Shown one piece after another: positions 16,442 to 24,000 of a stretch of DNA of 24,000 nucleotides. The position numbers and the translations under genes were made by a program. The stretch is from Terriglobia bacterium (GTDB lineage Bacteria > Acidobacteriota > Terriglobia > Acidiferrales > UBA7541): NCBI GenBank assembly GCA_963695545.1, contig OY968796.1, positions 3,140,753-3,164,752 of the forward strand, in the 5' to 3' direction. Below the pieces are notes generated by a model, which was not told where the DNA came from, made no database searches, and saw only the letters and a list, made by a program, of their open reading frames with translations. Each line of letters starts with the position of its first letter. Within the stretch, counting starts at the first letter, position 1.

Positions 16442-17260
16442 TCAGGCTTTCTTCGCCTTCCCGGGAGGAACGAGCGCGACCGAGGCCTCGGTGGTGAGCA
16501 GCAGGAATGTGAACGTCTCCTGCAGATACAGGCGCACAGCGGTGTCGGTGTGGCTGAGATAGCCGATCGAGACGTCCTGTCCGATGTGCAGGTCGAAATC
16601 TCCGCCGCGCGTGGTCAGCACGAAAGCGCCGCTGATCGCGGGCGCCCAGATGATGGCATCCTTCACGAGCCGCTTAACATGCTCGAGTACGGGATATCCG
16701 TGGTCGCTGGTTTCGGCGAGCGCCGTGTACGCGTCCGCGCCGAGCAACACCGAGTACGGGCCATTGACGCCCACCAGACGAAGTTGGCTCAGGCCTTGCG
16801 CAATCGCGTCCGGGTATTCCAGTACGTTTGCGGGGAGCGTCATGATCGGATTGCTGGTGCCTTGACGAATGCCGCCGATACCCGCGGCGGTGTAGCGATC
16901 GAAAATCGCGCAGTCTTCGGCGAAGGCGATTTTCTGCGCGGCGTCCTTCGCGGGTTGCCAATTCGCGTCGTTCGCGCCGCGCTCAACATCGTCAACGTCT
17001 TTGCGCTCCAGCTCGAAGGGAACACGCAGCTCGACCAGCGCCTTAACCTCGCGTTGTCTTGCAAGGACGCCGTCCGCTGGTGGCGTGATCGTCTTCAGGT
17101 GGCCCGTGCCCACGCCGGAGAGACCTGTGCCCGCCGCGGGGTGCACGTCGACGACGCGGCGACCGGCGATGTAACGCTTGAACGTGCGCGAAGTTTCCTC
17201 TTCGATTTGCGCCCACGCGGGGTCGGAAATGGGAGCGAGTTCGCGATGCAGGTTATTCAT
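16442..17260 (-). CDS. Family 1 encapsulin nanocompartment shell protein (HK97 fold, linocin M18-like), 272 aa
   Basis: MNNLHRELAPISDPAWAQIEEETSRTFKRYIAGRRVVDV...GPYSVLLGADAYTAL...ISGAFVLTTRGGDFDLHIGQDVSIGYLSH. The track ORF's N-terminal 35 aa overlap the DyP gene and are rejected. Confidence 0.92.
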   Translation of the reverse strand: MNNLHRELAPISDPAWAQIEEETSRTFKRYIAGRRVVDVHPAAGTGLSGVGTGHLKTITPPADGVLARQREVKALVELRVPFELERKDVDDVERGANDANWQPAKDAAQKIAFAEDCAIFDRYTAAGIGGIRQGTSNPIMTLPANVLEYPDAIAQGLSQLRLVGVNGPYSVLLGADAYTALAETSDHGYPVLEHVKRLVKDAIIWAPAISGAFVLTTRGGDFDLHIGQDVSIGYLSHTDTAVRLYLQETFTFLLLTTEASVALVPPGKAKKA

Positions 17261-18347
17261 CTTGGCTTTCTCCTTTGAGAGAACCGATGTCGAGCGAACC
17301 ATCGTTGCTCGGCGAAGTTGTTGGCGCGGTTTCGTCCGCTGACGGTTCGGCGGAAGGCGCCGCATCGGCAGCCCCGTCGTCGCTCACGTCGTCAAGAAAT
17401 GTCGCGGACGGCACGAAGAAAAGATTTCCGGTGACCGCGCGGCTGAAGTCGAGCAGCCGGTCGTAGTTGCCCGGCGGGCGGCCGACGAACATATTCTCGA
17501 GCATTAGTTCGATCGTGCGGGCCGAACGACTGTAGCCGATAAAATAAGTCCCGAATTCAGCTTCGGTGGGCCGGCCAAAGGGCATGTTGTCGCGCAGAAT
17601 TTGGAGTTGTTTGCCGTTCTCGAAGATGATGTTGAGCGAGCTGTGCGAGTTGCTCGGCTTGACGGATGCGTCGAGCTCGATATCGGAAAGTTTGTGGCGA
17701 CCGATGATCCGCTCCTGCGCTTCGACGGGAAGCGCATCCCATCCGGCCATATCATGCAGATATTTCTGCACGATCACGTAGCTGCCGCCGGAGAACGCGG
17801 CGTCCTCTGCGCCGATCAGCACGGAGTCAACCGCTTCCTGGCCCCGCGGATTCTCCGTGCCGTCGACGAATCCGATGAGATCGCGATCGTCGAAATAACG
17901 GAAGCCGTGCACTTCGTCCGCGGGCGTAACCGAATCGCCGATGCGCGCCATAATCTGCGTCGCGAGCTCGAAGCACAAATCCATGCGCTTCGCGCGAATG
18001 TGAAACAGCAGATCGCCCGGCGTGGATACCGCGTGGCGGTCACCGGATCGAATCTCGCGGAATGGATGAAGCTCTGCCGGTCGCGGCGAACCAAACAAGC
18101 AGTCCCACGCCTCCGATCCGACGCCCATGATGCAGGAAAGGCCGGCTTCGAGATCGCGCATCTCCACGGCGCGAACCACCGCGGCGAGGTCCGCGGAGAA
18201 CGAGCGCAGCGCGGAGCGACTCTCGGAGCCCGGCTTTATGGTCACCACCAGGAAAATTGCCGCACGGGTGAGCGGCGCGGAAACCGGCTGCGCGAGAGCG
18301 CTCAAACCGGCTGCGGCGTTCTGTGTGCTCTTCGGATCGGGCTCCAT
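17253..18347 (-). CDS. Dye-decolorizing (DyP-type) peroxidase cargo with a C-terminal encapsulin targeting peptide
   Basis: HGFRYFDDRDLIGFVDGTENP (the GxxDG DyP motif), ...MPFGRPTEAEFGTYFIGYS. A flexible Ala/Pro/Ser linker precedes the C-terminal SLDIGSLKG targeting motif. The stop overlaps the encapsulin start by 8 nt (ATGAATAA). Confidence 0.92.
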   Translation of the reverse strand: MEPDPKSTQNAAAGLSALAQPVSAPLTRAAIFLVVTIKPGSESRSALRSFSADLAAVVRAVEMRDLEAGLSCIMGVGSEAWDCLFGSPRPAELHPFREIRSGDRHAVSTPGDLLFHIRAKRMDLCFELATQIMARIGDSVTPADEVHGFRYFDDRDLIGFVDGTENPRGQEAVDSVLIGAEDAAFSGGSYVIVQKYLHDMAGWDALPVEAQERIIGRHKLSDIELDASVKPSNSHSSLNIIFENGKQLQILRDNMPFGRPTEAEFGTYFIGYSRSARTIELMLENMFVGRPPGNYDRLLDFSRAVTGNLFFVPSATFLDDVSDDGAADAAPSAEPSADETAPTTSPSNDGSLDIGSLKGESQDE

Positions 18348-18501
18348 CGGATCTCATCCTGGCGGAGCGCGCGGAATTCCGATCCGCGAAACACCGCGCC
18401 TGCCACACGCGCTGAGGTCAAGCGCCGAAGCTTAGCATCGTCGGCGGACGAACGTCCAGACTGCCGGCGAATCGACTCAAGCAACGCAAGGCGCAGCGAG
18501 G

Positions 18502-19554
18502 CTAGGCGCGCGCGGAGTTTGCCGTCAGCGCTTTGCGGACGATGGGCGCGACGCGCGTGCCCAGAATCTCGATCGCGCGCAACATCTTCGGATGCGGAAG
18601 CGTCGAGACGCCCATTTGAAACGTGATGCGCGAAAGGCCGCCAAGCACATCGTTCACGTACAGGATTTTCTTCGCCACGGTTTCGGCGTCGCCGATCAGG
18701 AGCGCGCCCGTAGGTCCGCGCACCCCATCGAATTGCGCGCGGGTTGTCGGTGGCCAGCCGCGTTCTTTGCCGATCTCGGTGAAGGTGTGCGCGTATCCCG
18801 GGAAAAAATCGTCCGCGGCTTGCTTGGTGGTGTCCCCGAGAAAACCGATGGAGTGAAGACCCACAATGAGTTTTTCGGGGGAGTGGCCGGCGCGGCGGCC
18901 TGCTTCGCGGTAGAGATCGATCAGAGGACGGAATCGTTTCGGCTCGCCGCCGATGATCGCGACCATCAAGGGAAGTCCGAGCATTCCCGCGCGGACGAAG
19001 GATTCCGGCGTGCCCCCGACGCCCACCCAAATCGGCAGAGGATTTTGCAGCGCACGCGGGTAGATCGATTGTCCCGTGAGTGGCGCGCGGTGCTTTCCGG
19101 ACCAGTGGACTTCCGTGTTGTCTCGGATTTTCAGGAGCAGATCGAGTTTTTCGGAGAACAGCGAGTCGTAGTCTTCGAGACGCAAACCGAAGAGCGGATA
19201 GGATTCGACAAACGAGCCGCGGCCCGCGACGATCTCCGCGCGGCCGCGCGAGACCAGATCCAGAGTGGCGAATTCCTGAAAGACGCGCACCGGATCCGCC
19301 GCGCTGAGAACTGTGACTGCGCTGGTGAGGCGAATATTGTTTGTGCGCGCGGCGGCGGCGGACAGAATCACCACCGGAGCGGAGTCAAGAAACTCCGGCC
19401 GGTGATGTTCGCCGATGCCGAAAACTTCAAGACCCACCTTGTCGGCAAGCTCGATTTCTTCCAGAAGGTGCTGCATGCGATCGACGGGGCTGAGAGTGAG
19501 GCCCGTGGTAGGGTCCGAGATGGCTGCCGCGAAGCTGTCCACTCCGATTTGCAT
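18502..19554 (-). CDS. LLM-class (luciferase-like) flavin-dependent oxidoreductase, 350 aa
   Basis: MQIGVDSFAA...GLEVFGIGEHHRPEFLDSAPVVILSAAAARTNNIRLTSAVTVLS...AEIVAGRGSF...PIWVGVGGTPES. This is a typical TIM-barrel LLM pattern. Confidence 0.88.
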   Translation of the reverse strand: MQIGVDSFAAAISDPTTGLTLSPVDRMQHLLEEIELADKVGLEVFGIGEHHRPEFLDSAPVVILSAAAARTNNIRLTSAVTVLSAADPVRVFQEFATLDLVSRGRAEIVAGRGSFVESYPLFGLRLEDYDSLFSEKLDLLLKIRDNTEVHWSGKHRAPLTGQSIYPRALQNPLPIWVGVGGTPESFVRAGMLGLPLMVAIIGGEPKRFRPLIDLYREAGRRAGHSPEKLIVGLHSIGFLGDTTKQAADDFFPGYAHTFTEIGKERGWPPTTRAQFDGVRGPTGALLIGDAETVAKKILYVNDVLGGLSRITFQMGVSTLPHPKMLRAIEILGTRVAPIVRKALTANSARA

Positions 19555-19662
19555 ATGCGCGGCTCCTGATCAGCCGTCCTCGATTGGATGCCGAAGTCGC
19601 GTAATCGTCGCAAGCCCGTGCAGGAACTCTCTGATCGGGACCTCGCGCGGGTCTCGCTGTCG

Positions 19663-20598
19663 TTAAAAGCTGTAGCTGATTCCAAGCGAGAGCACGGGAT
19701 AAAATTTCAAGATCGAGAGCTTGTGGTCGAGCTTAGTTTCCTGCGCGAGAACACTGGCCTGTATAGATGGGCTGGTGACCGTGTTCGCACAGGTGGGACC
19801 CTCGCTGTTGGGCGGGGTGCAAGCGAATCCGCTCAGATCAAGTGAGACATCCGGCGATCCCTGGAAGGCCACTCCGCCCTCGAAGTCGATGCCCCAGCGC
19901 CGGCGGTCGCGGCCGCGAGGAACCAGATTCCCGATTCCCACGAGAATTTCTGGAGCGACCTTGTTTACGGTGAGACCGGCGTCCACGGCAACGGGTGATG
20001 ACCTGCTGCTCTCATAGGTCGTGCCGCCGATGATGAATCCCTGACCGCCGGCAACCAAGGCAGTCTCCCTCGCGTTGTTGTCGTCATAGAGGAGCAGGCC
20101 GGGGCTCACATGAATATTGCGGAACACGAAGTAGTCAAAATTCGCGTTCACCGATCGCAGGTTCAAGTTCCCTGTATAGAAGATGCCGTCGTTGGTCAAC
20201 GAGCCGTGATAGTCGAATAGATCCAAGCCCACTCGAACATTGGCTCGTTGCAAAACTTGCACCGCAAATTGCCCGCCGATACCCAGCGTGGACGCGTCGG
20301 CGCCGAATCCGAATCTGAACCAGCAACACGAACCCGCAGGCTGAGCCTGGGGAGCGGCCGGCGAGGGGGCGGCGGGCGCGGCCGGCAGATTTGCGACTGG
20401 CGCGAATAGCGTGGACGAAAACGCCGCGTCGGCGGGCGGCGTCGGGTCCGACGATGCGGCGCTTGCGTCGGATGCAACGCCGGCGTTGTCAGCGCCGGCG
20501 AAACAGACATTTGGCAAAAGGCCCGCGAAACCAAACACCAGTAGCACGACAGCAAGTAGCGACAATCGTCTCAACGCACCCTCCGGGGGCCGGACCAA
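19663..20598 (-). CDS. Secreted outer-membrane beta-barrel protein
   Basis: The signal peptide is RRLSLLAVVLLVFGFAGLLPNVCFA|GA. A Pro/Ala-rich linker follows, then alternating Gly/aromatic beta-strand pattern, and a C-terminal ...LSLGISYSF ending in Phe. Confidence 0.7.
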   Translation of the reverse strand: MVRPPEGALRRLSLLAVVLLVFGFAGLLPNVCFAGADNAGVASDASAASSDPTPPADAAFSSTLFAPVANLPAAPAAPSPAAPQAQPAGSCCWFRFGFGADASTLGIGGQFAVQVLQRANVRVGLDLFDYHGSLTNDGIFYTGNLNLRSVNANFDYFVFRNIHVSPGLLLYDDNNARETALVAGGQGFIIGGTTYESSRSSPVAVDAGLTVNKVAPEILVGIGNLVPRGRDRRRWGIDFEGGVAFQGSPDVSLDLSGFACTPPNSEGPTCANTVTSPSIQASVLAQETKLDHKLSILKFYPVLSLGISYSF

Positions 20599-20842
20599 AC
20601 ATCATCGCACACAGTATGGGATGCGTTTGCAAAACTATGCTATGCCAACGCCGGCGCCTGAGGGTGGGAGAACGCGCCTTTCCCAACTGCTTTTGATGCG
20701 TCTAGTAGCACATGCGGCGGTATCGCGGAAGTGTGATCGCTCTGGTTTGTGCTTTCGGGCAAAACATTGGAGGCAAGAAGTATCGAAGATATATGCAAAA
20801 TTGCGTATTGGGTGCAAGAATCTCTCGGTGGGGGAGAAGTAC

Positions 20843-21250
20843 ATGGAGCCAGATCAATCGGCGATTGCGTTTCGGTGTTCGATCGCGCCGTGGTTGTCGG
20901 TTCGGGAGAGCGCCAAGGCTGTCGAGTTTTACAAATCGGCGCTTGGAGCGATCGAAGTTTTTCGGCTGGAGGGCCGCGGAGGCGTGGTCGCAAGACTCTC
21001 CGTGGACGGTGCCGAGTTCTGGGTCAGCGACGAATCGCCGGAACACGGCAACTTTAGCCCCATGTCACTCGGCGGGGGATCGGTACGCATGATACTAACG
21101 GTTGCGGACCCGGATTCGCTTTTCGCGCGAGCGCTCGGCGCTGGCGCCACCGAGGTGTATCCCGTGAGCGAAGGGCACGGTTGGCGGGTGGGGCGCGTGC
21201 TGGATCCGTACGGGCATCACTGGGAGATTGGCCGTCCGCTTGCGCGCTAG
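20843..21250 (+). CDS. VOC-family (glyoxalase/bleomycin-resistance, PhnB-like) protein, 135 aa
   Basis: The internal ATG is preceded by GGGGGAG. Sequence: IAPWLSVRESAKAVEFYKSALGA...GAEFWVSDESPEHG...GHGWRVGRVLDPYGHHWEIGRPL. The upstream 144 codons of ORF 20411.. are antisense to the OMP gene and are rejected. Confidence 0.8.
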   Translation: MEPDQSAIAFRCSIAPWLSVRESAKAVEFYKSALGAIEVFRLEGRGGVVARLSVDGAEFWVSDESPEHGNFSPMSLGGGSVRMILTVADPDSLFARALGAGATEVYPVSEGHGWRVGRVLDPYGHHWEIGRPLAR

Positions 21251-21284
21251 TTGGCGTCCGCCGCCGTAATTCGGTCGCGAAGGA

Positions 21285-21659
21285 TTAGGGATGCTGAGCG
21301 ATGGAGAGAATATTTCCGTCGGGATCTTTGAACCACGCGACCTTGTCGCCGTTGGGCGTGGTCCAAATTCCGAGTTCGCGATCCTGGACCCATGGATATT
21401 TTTCGAGCGCAACGCCGCGATCGGCGAGCCATTTGGCGACGGCTACGATGTCGGCAACTTCCCATCCGAGAATCGTGGCTTGCAGCGGAGTGAAATTGGG
21501 CGGCTTGGCGATACGAATTTTGTGGCCGCCGATAGTCATGACCAGCGCGTATTGATCGAGGCTCACAAAATCGAAGCCCAGCTTGCCCTCGTAAAACGCG
21601 CGCGCCTTGTCATAGTCCGTCGTCGGGATGAATCCGACCATTTTTCCCGAAGCCAGCAT
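21285..21659 (-). CDS. VOC-family (glyoxalase-like) protein, 124 aa
   Basis: VGFIPTTDYDKARAFYEGKLGFDFVS...WFKDPDGNILSIAQ. This is the typical betaalphabetabetabeta VOC signature. Confidence 0.8.
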   Translation of the reverse strand: MLASGKMVGFIPTTDYDKARAFYEGKLGFDFVSLDQYALVMTIGGHKIRIAKPPNFTPLQATILGWEVADIVAVAKWLADRGVALEKYPWVQDRELGIWTTPNGDKVAWFKDPDGNILSIAQHP

Positions 21660-21769
21660 TTTTTGGCTCCCCCTTCCACTTGAAGATATTCTAACTCCAT
21701 GTTTTCATGCATGGACAGTCGGCCCGAATCCCAGCGCGTCCGATACGTCGGAGATTTGAGGGGGACGTG

Positions 21770-22330
21770 ATGAACGAGGTAAAGAGTTTAGGCAGCCGCG
21801 ACAATGCACCGACGCGACGGCAGGTGATCGCCGGCGCGGCCATCGCGTTTGGCGGATTGGCCGCAGGCGCGGCGGTTCGGGGTCAGGCCTCGCAACCTGC
21901 GATGCAGGAGGCGCCGAGCACGGCGGCCAACTACCCTCGCACATTTCTTCACCAGGAAGTCGATTTCAAGGCGAGTCCGCAACGAATTTACGAAGCGCTG
22001 CTCGATTCAAAGCAATTCGCAGCGTTCACGGGCTTGTCGGCCGCAATCGATCCTTCCGAGGGCGGAGCGTTTTCGACGTTCGGCGGGTTGATCGCGGGAC
22101 GTAATATCGAGCTCGTGCCCAACCAGCGAATCGTTCAGGCGTGGCGGCCAACGCATTGGGATCCGGGCGTGTATTCGATCGTGAAGTTTGAATTGAAGCC
22201 GGCAGCGTCAGGGACGACGATTATTTTGGATCATACCGGATTTCCCGAAGGGGATTTCGATGGTCTCGACTCCGGCTGGCCCGTGAGATACTGGAAGCCG
22301 CTGGCCACATTTCTCGCGCAGCAACCGTAG
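21770..22330 (+). CDS. SRPBCC/Aha1-domain protein with a twin-arginine (TAT) signal peptide
   Basis: ATG 21770 is preceded by GAGGGGGA. The signal is SRDNAPTRRQVIAGAAIAFGGLAAGAAVRG. The domain part reads IYEALLDSKQFAAFTG...GGLIAGRNIELVPNQRIVQAWR...FELKPAASGTTIILDHTGFP. Confidence 0.75.
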   Translation: MNEVKSLGSRDNAPTRRQVIAGAAIAFGGLAAGAAVRGQASQPAMQEAPSTAANYPRTFLHQEVDFKASPQRIYEALLDSKQFAAFTGLSAAIDPSEGGAFSTFGGLIAGRNIELVPNQRIVQAWRPTHWDPGVYSIVKFELKPAASGTTIILDHTGFPEGDFDGLDSGWPVRYWKPLATFLAQQP

Positions 22331-22372
22331 ATCGGGCAGGGAAAACTTAGACCAGCCGATATCTCAAGCGGG

Positions 22373-22684
22373 CTAGCCGCCGGCGATCGCGCCGATGATC
22401 AGAAAAGGCTCTTCCCCGGAGGCGACTCGATCGGGCAGCGGCGCGTCCGGCGATTCGTGAGAAAGATCTTCCTGGCACGCAAAGAAGCGCAGGAATGGGC
22501 GGCGCTGTTGCGTGACGTGATCGCGAATGGTTCCTTGCAATAGCGGATAGCACGCTTCAAGCGCGTCAAGTACGGAGCGCTGCGTCGGCGTGCCTACGAC
22601 CTCGATCGAAACCTCGCTGCCCACATGCGCGAGCGTCCTGAGATGCGCGGGGAGAACTACGTGAATTGTTTGCTTCGCTTGCAT
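22373..22684 (-). CDS. MoaD/ThiS-family ubiquitin-like small protein ending in Gly-Gly (103 aa)
   Basis: [19 protein letters not shown]...[13 protein letters not shown]. The start is 17 nt downstream of the BNR gene stop. The upstream part of the 180-aa track ORF overlaps the BNR gene and is rejected. Confidence 0.75.
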   Translation of the reverse strand: MQAKQTIHVVLPAHLRTLAHVGSEVSIEVVGTPTQRSVLDALEACYPLLQGTIRDHVTQQRRPFLRFFACQEDLSHESPDAPLPDRVASGEEPFLIIGAIAGG

Positions 22685-22701
22685 TGCTAACGGCACCGGC
22701 G

Positions 22702-23817
22702 TCACGCGAGCGTTTGGACCTCGACCGAGAGCACGGCCGGAAGATCGTGCACAATCGGCAGGAAATTCTCGCCGGCGTCGGGTGAAACATAAACCTGTCC
22801 GCCGGTCGTGCCGAAATACACGCCGCACGAATCGAGCGTGTCCACGGCCATCGCGTCGCGCAGAACATTCACGTAGCAATCGCTCTGCGGCAGTCCCCTC
22901 GTAAGCGGCTCCCATTCATTTCCGCCGGTGCGGCTGCGATACACGCGCAGTTTTCCATCGAGCGGGAAATGTTCGGAATCACTCTTGATCGGGACCACAT
23001 AAATCGTTTCCGGTTCGTGCGCGTGCACGTCGATGGCGAATCCGAAGTCCGTGGGCAGATTGCCGCTGACTTCTTGCCACGAATCGCCGGCGTTGTCGCT
23101 GCGCATCACGTCCCAGTGTTTCTGCATGAAGAGCACGTTCGGGCGCGAGCCGTGCATGGCGATGTGATGAACGCAGTGGCCCACCTCGGCCGTGGGATCG
23201 GGAATGTGTTCGGATCTCAGTCCTTGATTGATCGCCTTCCAGGTTTTGCCGCCGTCGTCGGTGCGGAATGCGCCCGCGGCCGAAATCGCAATGTAGATTC
23301 GCGCCGGATCGCTTGGATCGAGAAGAATCGTGTGCAGGCACAGTCCGCCGGCGCCCGGTTGCCAGCGCGGCCCGGTGTTGTTTTCGCGCAGTCCGGGCAA
23401 TTCCTGCCACGTTTGCCCCGCGTCAGTCGAATGAAACAACGCGGCATCCTCCGCGCCCGCATAGATCGCATCGGGATCGGTCAGTGAGGGCTCGAGATGC
23501 CAGACGCGCTTGAATTCCCATGGATGCGGGGTGCCGTCGTACCACTGGTGCGTACCGGGAACGCCGTCGTAAACAAATTTATTCCCGACAGCCTCCCACG
23601 TTTTGCCGCCGTCGCTCGAGCGCTGAATGAGCTGGCCGAACCAGCCGGTCGATTGCGACGCGTAAAGGCGATTCGGATCGGCTGGCGAGCCTTTAAGGTG
23701 ATAAATCTCCCAGCCGGCAAAGTGCGGGCCACTGACGCTCCACTGCGCGCGCTTGCCGTCGGATGTGAGAATGAACGCGCCTTTGCGCGTTCCAACCAGT
23801 ACGCGGACCGTGCTCAT
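22702..23817 (-). CDS. BNR/Asp-box repeat beta-propeller protein (sialidase-like / Ycf48-like fold), 371 aa, with no signal peptide
   Basis: Four Asp-boxes are present: [24 protein letters not shown] and SDNAGDSW. The N-terminus is [17 protein letters not shown]. Confidence 0.8.
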   Translation of the reverse strand: MSTVRVLVGTRKGAFILTSDGKRAQWSVSGPHFAGWEIYHLKGSPADPNRLYASQSTGWFGQLIQRSSDGGKTWEAVGNKFVYDGVPGTHQWYDGTPHPWEFKRVWHLEPSLTDPDAIYAGAEDAALFHSTDAGQTWQELPGLRENNTGPRWQPGAGGLCLHTILLDPSDPARIYIAISAAGAFRTDDGGKTWKAINQGLRSEHIPDPTAEVGHCVHHIAMHGSRPNVLFMQKHWDVMRSDNAGDSWQEVSGNLPTDFGFAIDVHAHEPETIYVVPIKSDSEHFPLDGKLRVYRSRTGGNEWEPLTRGLPQSDCYVNVLRDAMAVDTLDSCGVYFGTTGGQVYVSPDAGENFLPIVHDLPAVLSVEVQTLA

Positions 23818-24000
23818 GGATGGCTCCTTGCGTTGCTTCGCGAATTACGTCGCAACATATCAATTTAATCCGCGCGCTGCAAGTTCCGGCGTTGCGTCTG
23901 GCGAACAATTCGATTCAATTCACGCAGCGAAATGCCCGTGCGCGCGCATCGCAACATCCCGGGTTACGGGATAAGCAAGCCGCGCGGGCGGGTCCATGGA

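Noticed and set aside
18302-19030. 242-aa minus-strand ORF overlapping the LLM 3' end and intergenic region
   Set aside because: It is an alternative frame of the LLM gene. Its Arg-rich sequence is typical of an off-frame GC-rich translation.
16430-19569. Long plus-strand ORFs 16430..17278 (282 aa), 17601..18626 (341 aa) and 18592..19569 (325 aa)
   Set aside because: They are antisense shadows of the encapsulin, DyP and LLM genes in GC-rich DNA. Their translations are Arg/Ala/Gly-rich and low in complexity, with no motifs.
1-24000. CRISPR arrays, rRNA, retron/DGR-type repeats
   Set aside because: No regularly spaced direct repeats, no reverse-transcriptase motifs and no rRNA-like sequence were seen on either strand.

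Overview
All calls are by-eye motif recognition; no database search was run. The window comes from a high-GC, apparently Gram-negative genome and splits into two contrasting parts.

(A) ~1-15.9 kb is a lower-GC accessory or mobile island that runs off the left edge. It contains:
- a RepA/AAA_25-like replication ATPase next to an iteron-like repeat cluster
- a hypothetical protein
- a double winged-helix protein
- a minus-strand module of three tightly coupled genes (GNAT/Mom-like fusion -> unknown X -> TIR protein)
- a divergent stand-alone SIR2_2 gene
- an intact IS3-family (IS407-group) element
- a long minus-strand gene train: RHH -> Zn-ribbon -> serine recombinase -> 4-TM membrane protein -> two small paralogous proteins -> DUF2779 nuclease/exonuclease -> single-chain gamma-class N6-adenine methyltransferase with an N-terminal nuclease-like motif

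The methyltransferase is cut by the IS immediately after its NPPW motif. Most island genes are readable only by hopping frames, with at least 18 frame breaks in total.

(B) 16.4-24 kb is ordinary core DNA in which every gene is intact:
- a DyP peroxidase/family-1 encapsulin operon
- an LLM flavin oxidoreductase
- an outer-membrane beta-barrel protein
- two VOC proteins
- a TAT-exported SRPBCC protein
- a MoaD/ThiS-like protein coupled to a BNR/Asp-box beta-propeller

No rRNA, tRNA or CRISPR array was found.

The best candidates for something undescribed are the GNAT-like/X/TIR module with the adjacent SIR2, and the DUF2779 + RM-like methyltransferase train with its paralogous small proteins. 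Both look decayed in this genome, or are affected by assembly indels.
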